A stretch of 64,000 nt of DNA from Selaginella moellendorffii (GCF_000143415.4 NW_003314322.1:942067-1006066); one strand, 5' to 3'. Shown: positions 25,355 to 38,539, numbered from the stretch's first letter. Numbers and translations are program-made. The notes: generated from the sequence alone by a model not told the origin.

Positions 25355-25615
25355 ATGGATATGGATTGGGAGTTTTGGGGCACCATAAAGGACCCATCAA
25401 ATCCAAACTTGGTGTTTTGTGCCGGGGGTTGTACGGCCATGGTGTTGCTGCTGAGCAACCATGGCACAAAGGTAGTGACCATGGGTGATTGCAGTTGTGT
25501 GGCTTTTAGGGCCGGAGTGGCGGAAGAGCTAAGCTAGGATCACAAACTAGACCTCCTTGACAAGAGAGAGAGAGTGCATTGAGGCCGTAGGTGGTAGTGT
25601 TACTTTTAGGTGGCT
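25355..25615 (+). pseudogene. PP2C phosphatase gene fragment
   Basis: GCTA...MGDCSCV..RAGVAEELS*DHKLD followed by IEAVGGSV matches PP2C core motifs (GSTA, GDSR, LSxDHKP, RIExxGG). Contains a stop and a frameshift. Confidence 0.7.
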
Positions 25616-27169
25616 CAAGGATCTCAATGTGAGAAGGGGCACACTATAGGCATGGATAAACTATTTTGGTAAAATATAATAGGATTTTTACTCTCTTATA
25701 TAATCCAAGGTAGTTATTTTTTCTCACTTTTTAAAAATGGTTTTATGCATTGGCCTTTTTATAAGCTATGTTCCAAGTTGATAATTGTAACAATAGAGTT
25801 TAAAGTACAAGACTAGATGGCCCTATAAATATTTTGGAAGTCCCTTTTCAACATTGTATTGAAATGGATTGGTAAGCCTGCCAACTTTAGCAATTTTATA
25901 GCAAATAGGGATAGGGCTAATTGGAATAGTATCTAGGTAGTTTGTAGGAATAGTCAACCCTTAGAAGGTTATGAGAAGACTTGTGAGTTCTATTGCAAAG
26001 CCTAAATTAGCAGTATCACCTTATCAAGCTAGATTTCCAATTAACATTTAAGAAGTTGTGCAAATAATGGTAGGTTGTACCTTATGAAGAAGAGCATAAG
26101 GCAAAAACAAACAACATCCAAATGTGGTAAGATGAAGATAGTCATATAAACATAAATTGTTTACCACAACTTGAGTTGTCATTGGGGTGGTAGGAAGTTA
26201 GGATGTTTCAATAGGGACATCACTCTTTTCAGGTTGATTTTTCTTTTTTTTAATCTTTTTATTGCCTTTTAATATTGTTTTTTTCATTAAAACCAACCAC
26301 TTAAGGATTTTGCATACACCTTAACTGTGAATCTCTCAAAGAGTAAGGATTGGACCTGACATTCCTCTGAGGCAGGGAAAGGGAAGATGAGTTTATATGA
26401 AGCATGTCTATTGGATTTGATATGTGTTATAGAGAAAGGGAAGATGAGTTTATATGAAGTATATTTCATAGCAATCTTCAAAAGCCTTGGTATTTAAGGA
26501 AGGAAGACACATAGGAACAAAACCTTCAGTTAAGATATTATATGATCAGATAAAGAAAAAATGACTCCACTAGTATGAATAATAGCAACTGTAGTGGAGG
26601 AAATGGTCTGCAACACATCTATGGAGTATACTCCCCAAGCTTCTACTAGTGACATAAAGAATATTTGCTCAAAGTGTTGTTTTTCCTTTGCTGGTGAAAA
26701 TGTTAGTATAGACTTTAGAGCAAAATGCTCTCACACACCTTTCTATTTCAAAACACCACCTTTTGCATGTTAGTGGATTCCTATAATTTAACCATGAATA
26801 TTTTTTATCCCTAACATAAAGTGATTTGGTAAATTCAAGAAGTGAGGAAGAGTAAGGTGGCTATTGTACAAGATTAACACATGGTGGCTGGAAGCTATTG
26901 AAAGTACCACATAAGCCAATGTTGATGCGGAAGAAGAAAAGATGCCTTGGGGTATCCTAAGGCATTGATGAAAGAATTAATGCCATGGTTGAGGCAATAG
27001 AATATTGTACCAAATAGGTACTTTATGTCCACCAAGCCAAAAACTTGTATATCCTTATGATTTACAATAGCATGTTTAGTCTGATTGTAGCTCATGGGTT
27101 GATGATACCCCCACTTTAAATCTTTTGAGAAATGCCTAACTTTCAACCTCTAAGGTAGAAAGATTCAAG

Positions 27170-27720
27170 CATTTTTAGGAAGTTTAAACCTCTAACTTTC
27201 AAGGGAGATGCCCCTCTTGATGAGAATCAAGATTGGCTTGCCACCTTGTCCACAGCTAAAAAACTCAATAGATGAATTGATTATAACATCTTGCTTTAGG
27301 CTAACATTGTTATGGCATAAGGGGCATACTAGGGTTTGGTGGAAAATAAGGAGGAATTCTTTATCTATCTAGAGGGATTTATAATGGGCTTAAATTAGTT
27401 TGAAGCAAAATTTGATAAAAGATTTTTGAGTTTAAATTGTTGAATAAGTTGTGAGCTAAGAAGAAAAAAGAGAAGAAATATATTTAAATATATGTAGACA
27501 CATTGAATTGACTCACAATACAACTTAGATTTTTGCTAGTGACAAATTGGCAATTGCATAGATATTTTTGTTAAGGCTTTAAGAAATTTTTTGGGAGCAA
27601 ATGATGCATCAATTGCCCTAATCTTATGTCCAGGCAATACACCAAACACACAAATTCAAGATACAAAAGGAGTGAAGATTCAATCAAGATTCCTAAAGAT
27701 AAGTCTTTTAAAGAAAAGAA
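27170..27720 (+). mobile_element. Highly decayed Ty3/gypsy gag remnant
   Basis: FRKFKPLTFKGD...NQDWL resembles the retrotransposon gag P.F.G...W signature; frequent stops downstream. Confidence 0.55.
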
Positions 27721-29559
27721 TAAGCATCAAATGAGCAACTATAGAATGATGTATGGACTAATGTTAAGGATATTGCAGCAACTTTAACACAAGAATTGAA
27801 GAAAGATAGATTCTTAGCTCATATTTTTTGGGAGGAGGTTAGTTGACGAAGGTGGTGGTGCAAGATGATGCCTTAAATATAATAATAACAACTTGACATA
27901 ATATTGTGTAATGAACCAACAACATTCAACTACCAACCATGATATATAATTTGACACAAAGACATAGAAATATTCTATTGATAGATCTTTAGAACTAGAA
28001 AATCTAAATAAGTACCCATTTAAACCATGCTAAAGCCTTAGAGAGAGAGAAAAGAAAGGAAAGTGTAAAGTGTATTGGAGCAAAAACTAGTACATAAAGG
28101 GATGCAAATATTATTAGGAAGTTAAGGCTAATAGATGATGGAGATTTTAGTAAAAGATCCTTTGTGGCTAATAGGTAACAGTAAACATTTCAATAGCATT
28201 GCAATAATATCTTTAAAAATAATTATGTAGAGGAGAACCTACTCATGATGGTGTCAATTAATCTTGGATATGGATGAAGGCAAGTACGATTTAATGTGAT
28301 GCATTACAATGAGGTGGATGACAAGGGGCTAAAAGAGGAGGATGTTAATAAGAATCCTTAAATGGGGGAATTATAAATAAAATTTCAAGTCATGTCCACT
28401 AGAATAAGACTTTGTACCATAGCACTTCTCATTACTTTCCACTTGTACCCTTTAGCTCTGAGATTCTTAGGATCTTGGAATCCTTTGCATGCATTATAGC
28501 CCTGCTACACCCTAATCCATCTCATTACTTTAATTGTTTCAAGTTTGACTATTCACAAGTTTGTACAATACAAGCTAACACTCCCACTCCTGCTAGTCTA
28601 GGGTAGCCCTAGCTGCAAGTGTAGGTCATTATTGTGCAGCTTTGGCCAACCAAATGTAGACATGGCTATAGCTACTATAGCCATGGCCATGGGGTTCCTT
28701 TAGCCCATGACTACATGGCTTGCTATGTAGATAAAACAAATAAGAGCACATGGAGATTTTACATGAGTGTGGTTACTAGTTGTGGCTGGCTATAGCAACC
28801 TAAGCCTATAGCTATGGCAGCCTGGTATAGCTTGCCAAAAGAAAAAAAAATAGAGAATAGTAAGTTGTGTCTTTGGCTATAACTCTAGCCGCATTAAATA
28901 TGGAGTTAAATGCTTGTGCTAAGGAGAAAGAGAATCTTAACAGTCTATCATAACCAAAAATTTGAAAAAAAAAACAAGAAAAACCTTATCCTACTATCAG
29001 CTTCACAACCATGTTACCATAACTTCATCACAGCTAGTGTCTGGCACTGGTACAAGTGCAAGGAGTAATAGGCAATCATAAGAATGCTTGGCATGCACAA
29101 AGAGGCCCTTGCATTTGAATTTGTCTATTGTATATTATGACATGTCATCCTGTCCACATGGTAAATAAAGGTTGAGGAGCTGATTTGCAACTAACATGGT
29201 CTCATAAACATACCTCGTTAATAGAAGTTATCAGTCGTGAACAACCTTTGTCACTGTCGTAATATCTTGGATTTAGCAACCCTAATTCAATATCCAAAAC
29301 CTAGGGCTTTAGCTTAGATAGATTCATTTATTCCCATATAATATTCAAGAATTGTTTGACATTCCCACATTCTACAATTTCACTACTAAAAGAAGATTGA
29401 TTAATCACAATGAGCTTTGAAACATCTACTACTAGGATTTCTAGGGTTCTTGATTCCTCCTTGATCTTCTCAAGCTCTTTAGGTAGCATCTGAAAGAAAA
29501 AACTTTAAAATCTAAATGAAAGATAAAAAAAGGGAATATTTCCTTCTCTAATACCTTCT

Positions 29560-30160
29560 CTAATCTTACTTCCACCATGTGTTTAATCATTTCTTGTTGC
29601 AACTAGCTTAGGAGCAAATGCTAAGAATTTGATCAAGGAGATCCATAACCAATGATATTAGATAAATTTGCCTTGCACTTGACAATGTTTGCTATGCATT
29701 AAATAAAAACTTGTGAGTAATAACAATTTGTCTCATTGCCTTATAAGGCATCTCTCACAAATGACAAGTACATTTCATGCTTGAAGCAAAAGAAAAAACA
29801 AAACAACCCAAGGCATCAAAAGCAACCCACAAGAAAGGAGGAAAGGGAGGCCATAAAACTCAAAAGAGCTGAGGAGGAGGTTAAATGTGTAATAAATGTA
29901 AAGAAAGCATTTAAACTTGACATTGCAAAACAACTAAGAGAACAAGAAAAACAAGTTGCCAAGGAAGAAAAACTTATAGAAAAATAGCGGAATGGAATGG
30001 TGGTGGGGACTAGCAACTAAACTCAAATACAGCTCAGAAATACTTAAAATGGCACTAGAAAAAGCACAAAAAGATATTACTAGGCAAGAGTTCTTCATAG
30101 CTTTAATATGTCCAGATTACACAATTAAAATTGACGAGGAGGTTATTGCTAGGAATAGCT
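29560..30160 (+). mobile_element. Possible DNA-transposon remnant with a Lys/Glu-rich tail (pogo-like C-terminus)
   Basis: SLTNDKYISCLKQKKK followed by a KE-rich coiled coil. No DDE motif was recognised. Confidence 0.25.
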
Positions 30161-30803
30161 AAGACCAAAACACAAGTCCCATTTAGGTAAGAATGATTTG
30201 TAACTCTTTTCTAACTGAATTTATCACATGTTTACATGTAGAAATTGAATAGATACTTAGGGCCATAGCACTTCTATAGCACTTCTGTTTGCCAATTTGC
30301 AGTGAGATAGATATTTCTTTTTAAAAAAAGTTTCTGGACCTACTAATATCTTTAATTTTATTTTTTAATTTTATTCACTTGGTTGGGATACAGCCCCCTA
30401 CTATTGTAATTTCAATGGCAAGGCAATTGTTGGATTTAAAGTACACACATTCTAGGCAGTGAATCCCTGCTAGGTTGAAAATGCCAATTGGCAATAATTT
30501 AAGGGCTAGTTTACATGATTTTGGTATTTTTATTGAACTTTGAAAACCTTTCAAAGAGGAATTTACCAAGTGTTAGTGACATGACAATATATTTAGCATT
30601 TCAAAGCTATTTGTTTCCTGCTAGAATCATTATTTTTGTACATGAAGCCTTGTTTCTCTACTGAAATTGATACGATATGGAAACAACTCGTATCAAAGGA
30701 ACGTGGTTGCCTGAACAGGCTACTGCCAGAGCTGGGCATTTAGAGGAAGCGCAAGATGCCCGAGTGGTTTAAGAATATTCTTCCAATTGGGAGGTGCCCT
30801 AGA

Positions 30804-32673
30804 ATGGAGTGTACGCTGAGCGGCAATGCCGTCAAGGGCTTGCATCGTGCTGTGGCGTGCCTGGCGCGCGTCGGCCCGGAGCTCCTACTAGAGGCGCTGC
30901 CGGACAAGGTGAGAGAAAATCTAAGCGAGGAGGAGGAGGAAGAGGAGCAGCGCGATCTCTTTTCTTTTTCTTTGCTAGGTGACCCTCCGATCGCTCAACT
31001 CGGCGCGCTCGGCGTTCGTCGCGATCACATTCCGGCGCCACTTCTTCGATAGGCTGCAGCTCTCTTCCTCGAGCGCTCAGTGCGGTGTGCTTCTCAAGGT
31101 GTGAGCCTTTGTCCTCGAGGAGCGCCTAGTCTTGGGGTTGCTAATATCGTCTTTAAGGCCGTGTGCACTGTCTTGCGGACGCAACCAGGCAGTGTAGAGC
31201 GCATGGCGATCACACTGCCGGACAGCAATGCTTCCAAGTTGAAGTGGACGATCGACTGCTTGAATGGTACGTAATGGTGAATTTGTTCGTCTTGGCTTTG
31301 GAATGTGTTTTCGTAGCTTATGTCGCGAGCTTTCGAGCAGGGCTGAGGAAAACGTACTGGATATCTTGCAACAACGACATAGAAATGCAGCATGTAGCGA
31401 TCGAGAGGAACATTTTTCCCAGCAATCTGGTGGCAAGGCCTCGTGACTTCAGCAGGCTGCTGGCTAATTTCCAGTCGAGCTTGCAAGAGATTACTCTGAT
31501 CGCCACCGAGCCTTTCCTTGCGCCTACTGAGTCGGAAGGCAAGGCAGTGGAACTCAGGAGCTACATCGACCCCGTCAAAGGTATGTTGTTGCTCGCTCGG
31601 CTCTATATGTTTCGTTTTCTTTGCTCTGTGCCCGTAGAAAACAACGATGGCGCACTTCATACTCAACTTTGGATTGATCCCGCCGAAGAATTGCGAGACT
31701 ATCATCATACGGGGGTCGCAGTGGACGTTACGTTCAGCGTCAAGGAGCTCAAGGTGCCTCACTTATCACTTATCTTAAGAGGAAATCCTAACATCTATAG
31801 CCTTTGCATGCTTCAGGCCTTTATGAATTTTTGTGAAGGTTCGGAGGCTGATATGCAGCTTTTCTTCGACAAAGCTGGAAGGTACTTATCTTTCAGTGTC
31901 TTATTGTATTCTAGTTGCAAAATCCACGTCCTGCGTGCAGCCCGATTCTCCTTGCTCCAAAGTTCAGTGTTGATGATGCTGCAAATGCCGATTTTGACGC
32001 AACTCTTGTGCTAGCGACTATGCTGGGCTCTCAGCTTAGATCCAGTGATTCTGCTAGTGATCGAGCTCCAACAGATGCTCAGCTTGCACAGGGCGCTCCC
32101 CAAGCGGGTTATACTACTCCAAAGAATGCAGCTAATAAGGAAACAGCGGCAATGGGTTCAGGCCCTCGGTCTGATCATACTGTAATTTGGTCAGAGCTTT
32201 CAGGTACATTTTGTCAATCGTGGACAAGCTAAAGTCACTCCGTTTTACAGGCACGGCAGATCAAAGAGGAAGAGGGTATGCTGACAGACTTGCAAACCAA
32301 CAGCCTCGTCAAATATTCCCGGATAGTGGCGACGCTACCGAGGAACTTCCTTTCCACCGACATGAGTTTGTTTTAAAGATCTATCCACCTCTTTTGTTCC
32401 TCACATCTGTCATTTTTCTCTCGGCAGTGTCACGTTAGAGAAGGATGTCCGGAATGGTACAGAGGATGACGTCGTGCAGCAGCCACCCAATGGTGAATGC
32501 TTTTCGGTGTTTATTGTTTCAAGCTAAGCTTGTAAATTGTCAATGCAGATGAGCGTAGTGCACAACAGCTGTTTGGAAAGGATTTGAGCAACTGGATTGC
32601 TGCCGATACAGACGAGGAAAACGATGGGGATGGGTTTTGCGTTCAAGCAACACCTCCCCACCGGAGGGGATGA
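30804..32673 (+). CDS. RAD9: Cell-cycle checkpoint clamp protein RAD9 (9-1-1 complex), multi-exon
   Basis: MECTLSGNAVK..LARVG; KAVCTVLRT; KTYWISCN; RPRDFSRLLANFQSSLQEITLIATE; GKAVELRSYIDP; LHTQLWIDP; FDATLVLATML; C-terminal SNWIAAD...VQATPP then TGA. GT-AG introns throughout. Confidence 0.93.
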
Positions 32674-33260
32674 AGAGGGCGCTGGTATGTTCTTGTCGAG
32701 CCCGCTTTCGCTTTTCACGCTTGTCGTTCAAATTCCAGTTGCAAGTCAATAACGTGTCTCCAGTTTTGGTTTCGACTGAACAGGCATTTCCCAAGTGCAC
32801 TCCAAGTTACGATGACAGGCATGAAATCTTGTCCTGGGCAAGCCGGTAGACCTTGGCTGACGGGGGGAGCATCTTACCAGGTAAAAAGATTACAATTTCT
32901 TCAATGGAAGCTACGTTGTTGTTTTGTTTGGCAGCAACCATTTCAGACTACTTTTCCAAGACATGTTGTAATCACACTAAGGCTTAAATAGATAGTGACT
33001 TCGCATCACATTCTTGATGCCTTATGGCATAGTTTAAATGCTGATTGATTCATGATGTCTCGTCCTGGGTGATTTAGATTGGTGAACCGACAGTTCACCA
33101 ATCTGTCGGTGAACTCTCCAAACCATATAAACCGCTTTTCCAGTGTTATATTGACGTCTGCAGTGATTTAGAGAAGTTTGTTTGGGCTCAGCCAGGTGAT
33201 GCCACTGTAAGAAATCTTAAGGATTGTGGGAAAAACCGGAGCTTCACCGGTGAGTTCCAG

Positions 33261-33584
33261 ATGGCTCTGCTTCTTCAATTTCTTATACAGAGGAACGATA
33301 TGGCATGGAGAAGTCTTCTGAAACGCTTCGTTGCTTTCAGGACACCGATAGATAGCACTGAGCACTACGAGTTGCCAGCTGCAGCAAACGAGAAGTACTT
33401 GATCGGGTTCCAGTGGTTATATGGAAACTACGATGGGCTGCATTCTTCTTCAGCTTCGATTCACGTCATCGTCGGTGCAAACGTGCTGCTTGAAGGCAAT
33501 ATAAGTCTGGATGTGTCCCCGCCCTTCAATATCAGCTTGTATACTTTGCCAGCCGCTGTGTTTCTCCGGTGGTCTCCCAGTTAA
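33261..33584 (+). pseudogene. Malectin-like domain fragment (receptor-kinase ectodomain remnant)
   Basis: YELP...KYLI.F..LYGNYDGL resembles the malectin-like CYxLP...YLIR...YGNYDG motif. No signal peptide or kinase domain nearby. Confidence 0.55.
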
Positions 33585-34480
33585 AGTTTGTATCCCTGCT
33601 ACATTTCCACCCATAAATGCTGATCATTCGATCTATGTTACGGTTGATAAAACCTCCTATAGATGGATTTGTAGTCACTGATCCCTGCGGGCAATGATCT
33701 CTCCTTTACAAATGGTCTAAAATGCATACCATGAACAACCTCAAATCAGCTAGATAAAGGGGAAGTCTGGGTTTGAGCGATCCAAAAGTATCTCAAATTC
33801 CATTGATTTAGCCAACTACGCTAGACCTTGCACCACAAATGTTCCAAATCAATCGCTACAGCAAGCATTTTAATGGCCGGAAGGCACTCAATACGATGTG
33901 CGCATCAACTTCAACTCCAAAATGAATTGACTGCGAGCTTGACACTTCTTTCCCTGATTTCAAGATCTGTTAAAGTTTTCTGTGATTACTAGCGTTCCTA
34001 GTAGTAATTCAATCAGACCTCTCTCAGACAAGTGGAGTTGATTCACTCCAACAGAGAGATCGGCTAGAGGGCCTATCAGAGTTCTTCCTTTAACAGGAAC
34101 CGACAGCCTAGCAAAGATGACAATTTTTAGCAAGCAACATATTCAACTTGTGATATGTTGATACCTTAAGACTCACAAATTATTCCTTTGTGTCATATGT
34201 TTTTTGTGATCGGCATTCTAGTCCATGCATCCTAAACAGGCACAAGTGGACTGAAAATATTTTGAACCAGTTGGAGATCCTGACAAGCGTGAAATTATTT
34301 CAAAGAGACAATTCTTCCATTGTCCTGGGCAATTTGTCCCATCTTGCACGAGTCTATGATCCTCGTATGCCAAGGTTTTGCCGAAGACACTAGCGTCCAA
34401 GCCGGTATCGACGAGGGACGAGCAGGGTCCTCGCCCGAGCTATTAAAGTTGGCCAGCGTTTTCCATCACCCAAGACTCCA

Positions 34481-35953
34481 ATGGCAAAAGGTTCCAACCA
34501 TGTTGTTCTTGTTCCTCTTCCAGCACAAGGCCATCTCCTGCCAATCCTCTACCTCGCCAGGAAGCTCGCAGCGCATGGATTTGCCGTAACCATCGTCAAC
34601 ATCGACAGCGTCCACGAGAGTGTGAAGCAAAACTGGAAGAACGTTCCACAGCAAGACATCCGCCTGGAATCGATCCAGATGGAGCTCAAGGTCCCCAAAG
34701 GCTTCGACGCCGGCAACATGGACGCAGTGGCTGCATTTGTGGATTCGCTCCAGGCCCTGGAAGAACCACTGGCGGATCTCCTCGCCAAACTCAGTGCTGC
34801 TCGAGCCGTGTCGTGCGTCATCTCGGATTTCTATCACCCCTCGGCACCGCACGCCGCGTCCAAGGCCGGAATGCCCTCCGTGTGCTTCTGGCCTGGGATG
34901 GCGTCGTGGGCTTCCATCCAATACAGCCAGCCTTCGATGATCGCTGCTGGTTATATTCCAGTCGATGGTAAAGTTGGTTCTTTTTTCTGGAGTTTCTTCT
35001 TATCGGAGTTTTTCTCTAAACTGCCAGAGTCGAATGCTAGCGAGATTGTCGATCTTCCCGGCTTGAAACCGATGCGAGCGGACGATCTCCCGTTCTATCT
35101 CCGCAAGGACTTCTACCACAAGCTGGGGAGGGATAGATTTCTTCGCCAGCTCGAACGAGCGGCCAAGGATACGTGGGTCTTGGCAAACTCATTCTACGAG
35201 CTGGAACCGCAAGCTTTCGATGCCATGCAGCACGTCGTTCCAGGAAAGTTTGTCCCGGTCGGGCCCCTCTTCCCACTCCGAGATCGCAAGGCGAGTGGGA
35301 TGGAGGCGAGCTTGCGGCCGGAAGATCACAGCTCCATCGGCTGGCTCGATCGCAAGCCTCCCAAATCGGTGCTCTACGTCGCGTTTGGGAGCATCACGGT
35401 GCTGAGCCCCGGGGAATTCGAGGAGCTGGCACGGGGGCTGGAAGAGAGCGGGCATCCCTTCCTCTTCTCTGTTCCTCGTGAGATGGTGCCGGAGGTGGGG
35501 GACGATCGCGTGGGCGAATTCGCGGAGAGGGCGGCTCGATCGGGGGCCGGGATGGTGGTGCGGTGGGCGCCGCAGCTGGCGGTGCTCCAGCACCCATCGG
35601 TGGGCGGATTCCTGAGCCACTGCGGGTGGAATTCCATCCTGGAGAGCGTGAGCAGCGGCGTGCCGGTGCTGGGGTGGCCGATCGCGTCGGAGCAAAACAC
35701 CAATTGCAAGCTCGCGCTCCAGGAGCGGGGGATCGGGATGGAGCTGGCGGACAGATCGAGCGACGGCGTGGCGAGCGCGGTCCGGGAATTGATGGCGAGC
35801 GAGGAGCTGAGAAGGAATGTGGCGGAGATTGGGAGGAACGCCCGGGCGGCCGCGACCGCTGGCGGATCATCGCACAGGAACCTCCATGATTTCTTCCATT
35901 CCTGCCAAGATCGAGAGATTCTACTGCAAATCAAGCAACAATCCCTAATCTAG
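34481..35953 (+). CDS. Family 1 UDP-glycosyltransferase
   Basis: N-terminal HVVLVPLPAQGH and PSPG box WAPQLAVLQHPSVGGFLSHCGWNSILESVSSGVPVLGWPIASEQ. Probable in-frame 60-nt intron at 34968-35027. Confidence 0.96.
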   Translation: MAKGSNHVVLVPLPAQGHLLPILYLARKLAAHGFAVTIVNIDSVHESVKQNWKNVPQQDIRLESIQMELKVPKGFDAGNMDAVAAFVDSLQALEEPLADLLAKLSAARAVSCVISDFYHPSAPHAASKAGMPSVCFWPGMASWASIQYSQPSMIAAGYIPVDGKVGSFFWSFFLSEFFSKLPESNASEIVDLPGLKPMRADDLPFYLRKDFYHKLGRDRFLRQLERAAKDTWVLANSFYELEPQAFDAMQHVVPGKFVPVGPLFPLRDRKASGMEASLRPEDHSSIGWLDRKPPKSVLYVAFGSITVLSPGEFEELARGLEESGHPFLFSVPREMVPEVGDDRVGEFAERAARSGAGMVVRWAPQLAVLQHPSVGGFLSHCGWNSILESVSSGVPVLGWPIASEQNTNCKLALQERGIGMELADRSSDGVASAVRELMASEELRRNVAEIGRNARAAATAGGSSHRNLHDFFHSCQDREILLQIKQQSLI

Positions 35954-36353
35954 CGAGAGAGAGAGAGAGAGAAATATTCCATTCTCTGGCTAAAGGATAT
36001 TATTATTCTCTCCCCCGTGCGGCAAGATTCCACGATCCGGCCGTCCATTCAAATGGCCACGATGCCGATAGATAGAAAGAGCTTGGAGTCTCCGCAGTGA
36101 TCTTCCGTCCTGGTCACGCGCCAGGGATCGCAGGGCTTCCATCGCATCGGTCCTTCCTCGCGATGCGACCGGCGAGGATTGAAGCGCAGTGTTAGGGTTT
36201 ACTCTCCTGTTGCTCTCTCCTGTCTCTCTCGATCTCTCGATCGATCGACAGCGAAGATGCGATTTCCAAGGCTCTGGCAGCGCGGAGGAGTTTTGACCTC
36301 TCTCGGGAGCTCCGATCGAGGCTAGGGTTGAAATTTCCCCCCTTCATCCATCC

Positions 36354-37454
36354 ATGGCTCCTCCAAACACGAGCTATGTCGAAGTGGGAGAGGCGCCGGC
36401 GCTGCTGGAGAGCGAGACGACCGATGTGGTTGCAGAGGAGGCTGGCGCATTCGTCCTGCCGCCAAAGATCCCCGTGCCCGCCGCACTGTCGAGCAAATTT
36501 GGGGGCTCGCCCCCCGCCAGCGTCTACGAGCTCCTCGAGTGCCCAGTCTGTACCAATTCCATGTATCCTCCCATCCATCAGGTAAAAGCTTCTTTCTCTC
36601 TCGATTTCCTGTTCTCTATCCAGTTTGATCCATCGCTGGTGTTTTCTTTTCTTTTTCTTTCTCTTGTGTAGTGCCCGAATGGTCACACTTTGTGTTCTAC
36701 GTGCAAAGTCCGCGTCCACAACCGCTGCCCGACTTGCCGATACGAGCTCGGGAACATCCGGTGCTTGGCTCTGGAGAAAGTTGCCGAGTCCCTCGAGTTG
36801 CCATGCCGGTACCAAAGCCATGGCTGCCCGGAGATCTTCCCCTACTACAGCAAGCTCAAGCACGAGTCCCAGTGCTCCTTCCGGCCTTACAATTGCCCCT
36901 ACGCGGGATCTGAGTGCTCCATCACCGGAGACATCCCGACTCTCGTCGCCCATCTCCGGGACGATCACAGAGTTGACATGCACAATGGCTGTACCTTCAA
37001 CCACAGATACGTGAAGTCCAATCCACAGGAGGTCGAGAACGCGACATGGATGCTCACTGTAAGTTCGTCTTTGATTCTTCGTCTTGTTTCTTGTTTTTCG
37101 TTTTGTTCCTGTGGACTGATCCGATGCTTGCAGGTTTTTAATTGCTTTGGCCAACACTTTTGCCTCCACTTCGAGGCCTTCCAGCTCGGGGTGGCGCCCG
37201 TGTACATGGCCTTCTTGCGATTCATGGGGGACGACAACGATGCCAAGAACTTCAGCTACAGCCTCGAAGTCGGAGCCAACGGGCGCAAGTTGATGTGGCA
37301 GGGAGTTCCCAGGAGCATCCGGGACAGCCATCGTAAGGTCCGAGACAGCCACGATGGTTTGATCATCCAGAGAAACATGGCACTCTTCTTCTCTGGAGGG
37401 GATAGGAAGGAGCTCAAGCTTAGAGTGACTGGCCGGATCTGGAAGGAGCAATGA
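36354..37454 (+). CDS. SINAT: SINA/SINAT RING E3 ubiquitin ligase (3 exons)
   Basis: LLECPVCTNSMYPPIHQ|CPNGHTLCSTCK; NIRCLALEKVA; ends LKLRVTGRIWKEQ. Introns at 36582-36671 and 37059-37133. Confidence 0.96.
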
Positions 37455-37772
37455 CAGGGCAGTTTTGAGTGGATGGGGCTGTAGGAGATAGTTGTACATT
37501 ATCATCACCAGCAGGAAGAATTCTTCTCCGAGGTTTGGGATTTTAGTTTAGAACTTGGGCTTTGGATCGATCAGGGCCTGGCAGGAGAATGAGCTTGGTT
37601 AGTGGAAGCTGTAACAGGGAAGCTTGGTCAAGTCTGAGCATACTAGAAACACTGGCAAAATGGAAAATCCTTCCTTGAAAAGCTTGCTGAAAGTTGCGAG
37701 CTTTGGAATAGTCTTCCAGAGGAAAAGGTGGCTGGAAGGAAGTATTTGGAAGCAGCGATGTCGAGTTTTCTT

Positions 37773-38514
37773 TCAAGCTGGAGCTGCCGCTGTTACATCG
37801 GATGGAGCCGGAGCCGGAGCCGGAGCCGGAGGTGGAGCTCGAGATCGAACTGGCGGAGGTGGTCGGACTGCTGGAGGAGCCGGAGACGCGGGATCATACC
37901 AGCCGAGAGCGATCTCCAGCGCCTTTTTGGCGCGAGCGAGGCGGGACTTTCGCCTCCGGCCGGTGTTCCTGTGGAGCGTGCGAACCTTGACAGCCTTGTC
38001 GATCACCGAGTAGGCCTCGCCGATCATCACCTCGACGGGCTTGAGCTCCTCGGGCGCCGCCCCCTCGGCCTTCTTCTTGAGATCCTCGAGCGCCGAGAAC
38101 ACCTTCTTCATCCTCGTCCGGATCTCCGACTTCCTGGCCTTGTTGTAGATGCGCCTCTTCTCGGACAAGAGCGCCCTCTTCACCGCCGACGGCATCTTCT
38201 TCTTCTTGGGCGCCTCCTCGTCCTTGGCCGCCGCTCGAACCCGGAATCTAGACGCTGGGCTTGCTGGAGTCGTGGTTCCTCTCCTGGGCTCCAGAATCGC
38301 GAGCGAGGACACGAGCCTGGCGGTCATATTGCCTGCATTGCCACAACGGAAAATCGATGCCACACTGCTCTAGCTCAAATCTTCGCGTACCCAAATCGTC
38401 GCCGAAGAAGAGCGAGCAGCTCCTGCCGCCACTGGTGCTACAAATCCCAGAAGCCCGAGGCGCCGTGGCCCAGGGCTGGCGGCACGCCCACGCCGTTGTC
38501 ATCGTCGTCGCCAT
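37773..38514 (-). CDS. PRPS20: Plastid 30S ribosomal protein S20 with transit peptide (2 exons)
   Basis: SAVKRA..SEKRRIYNKARKSEIRTRMKKV...AYSVIDKAVK..TLHRNTG.RRKSRLAR. Exon 1 (MATTMTTAW...) is spliced through an intron at about 38333-38390. Pro/Ala-rich tail. Confidence 0.92.
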
Positions 38515-38530
38515 AGCTCTATCCAAATTT

Positions 38531-38539
38531 TTAGGGTTT
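38531..38539 (-). promoter_or_regulatory. Telo-box (AAACCCTAA) upstream of PRPS20
   Basis: TTAGGGTTT 16 bp upstream of the ATG; a motif common in plant translation-machinery genes. Confidence 0.5.

Noticed and set aside
23817-27100. LINE or CACTA remnants in AT-rich DNA
   Set aside because: Only vague motif hints, too decayed to assign without a search.
36192-37508. 438-aa minus-strand ORF
   Set aside because: Antisense shadow of the GC-rich SINAT gene with no recognisable motifs.
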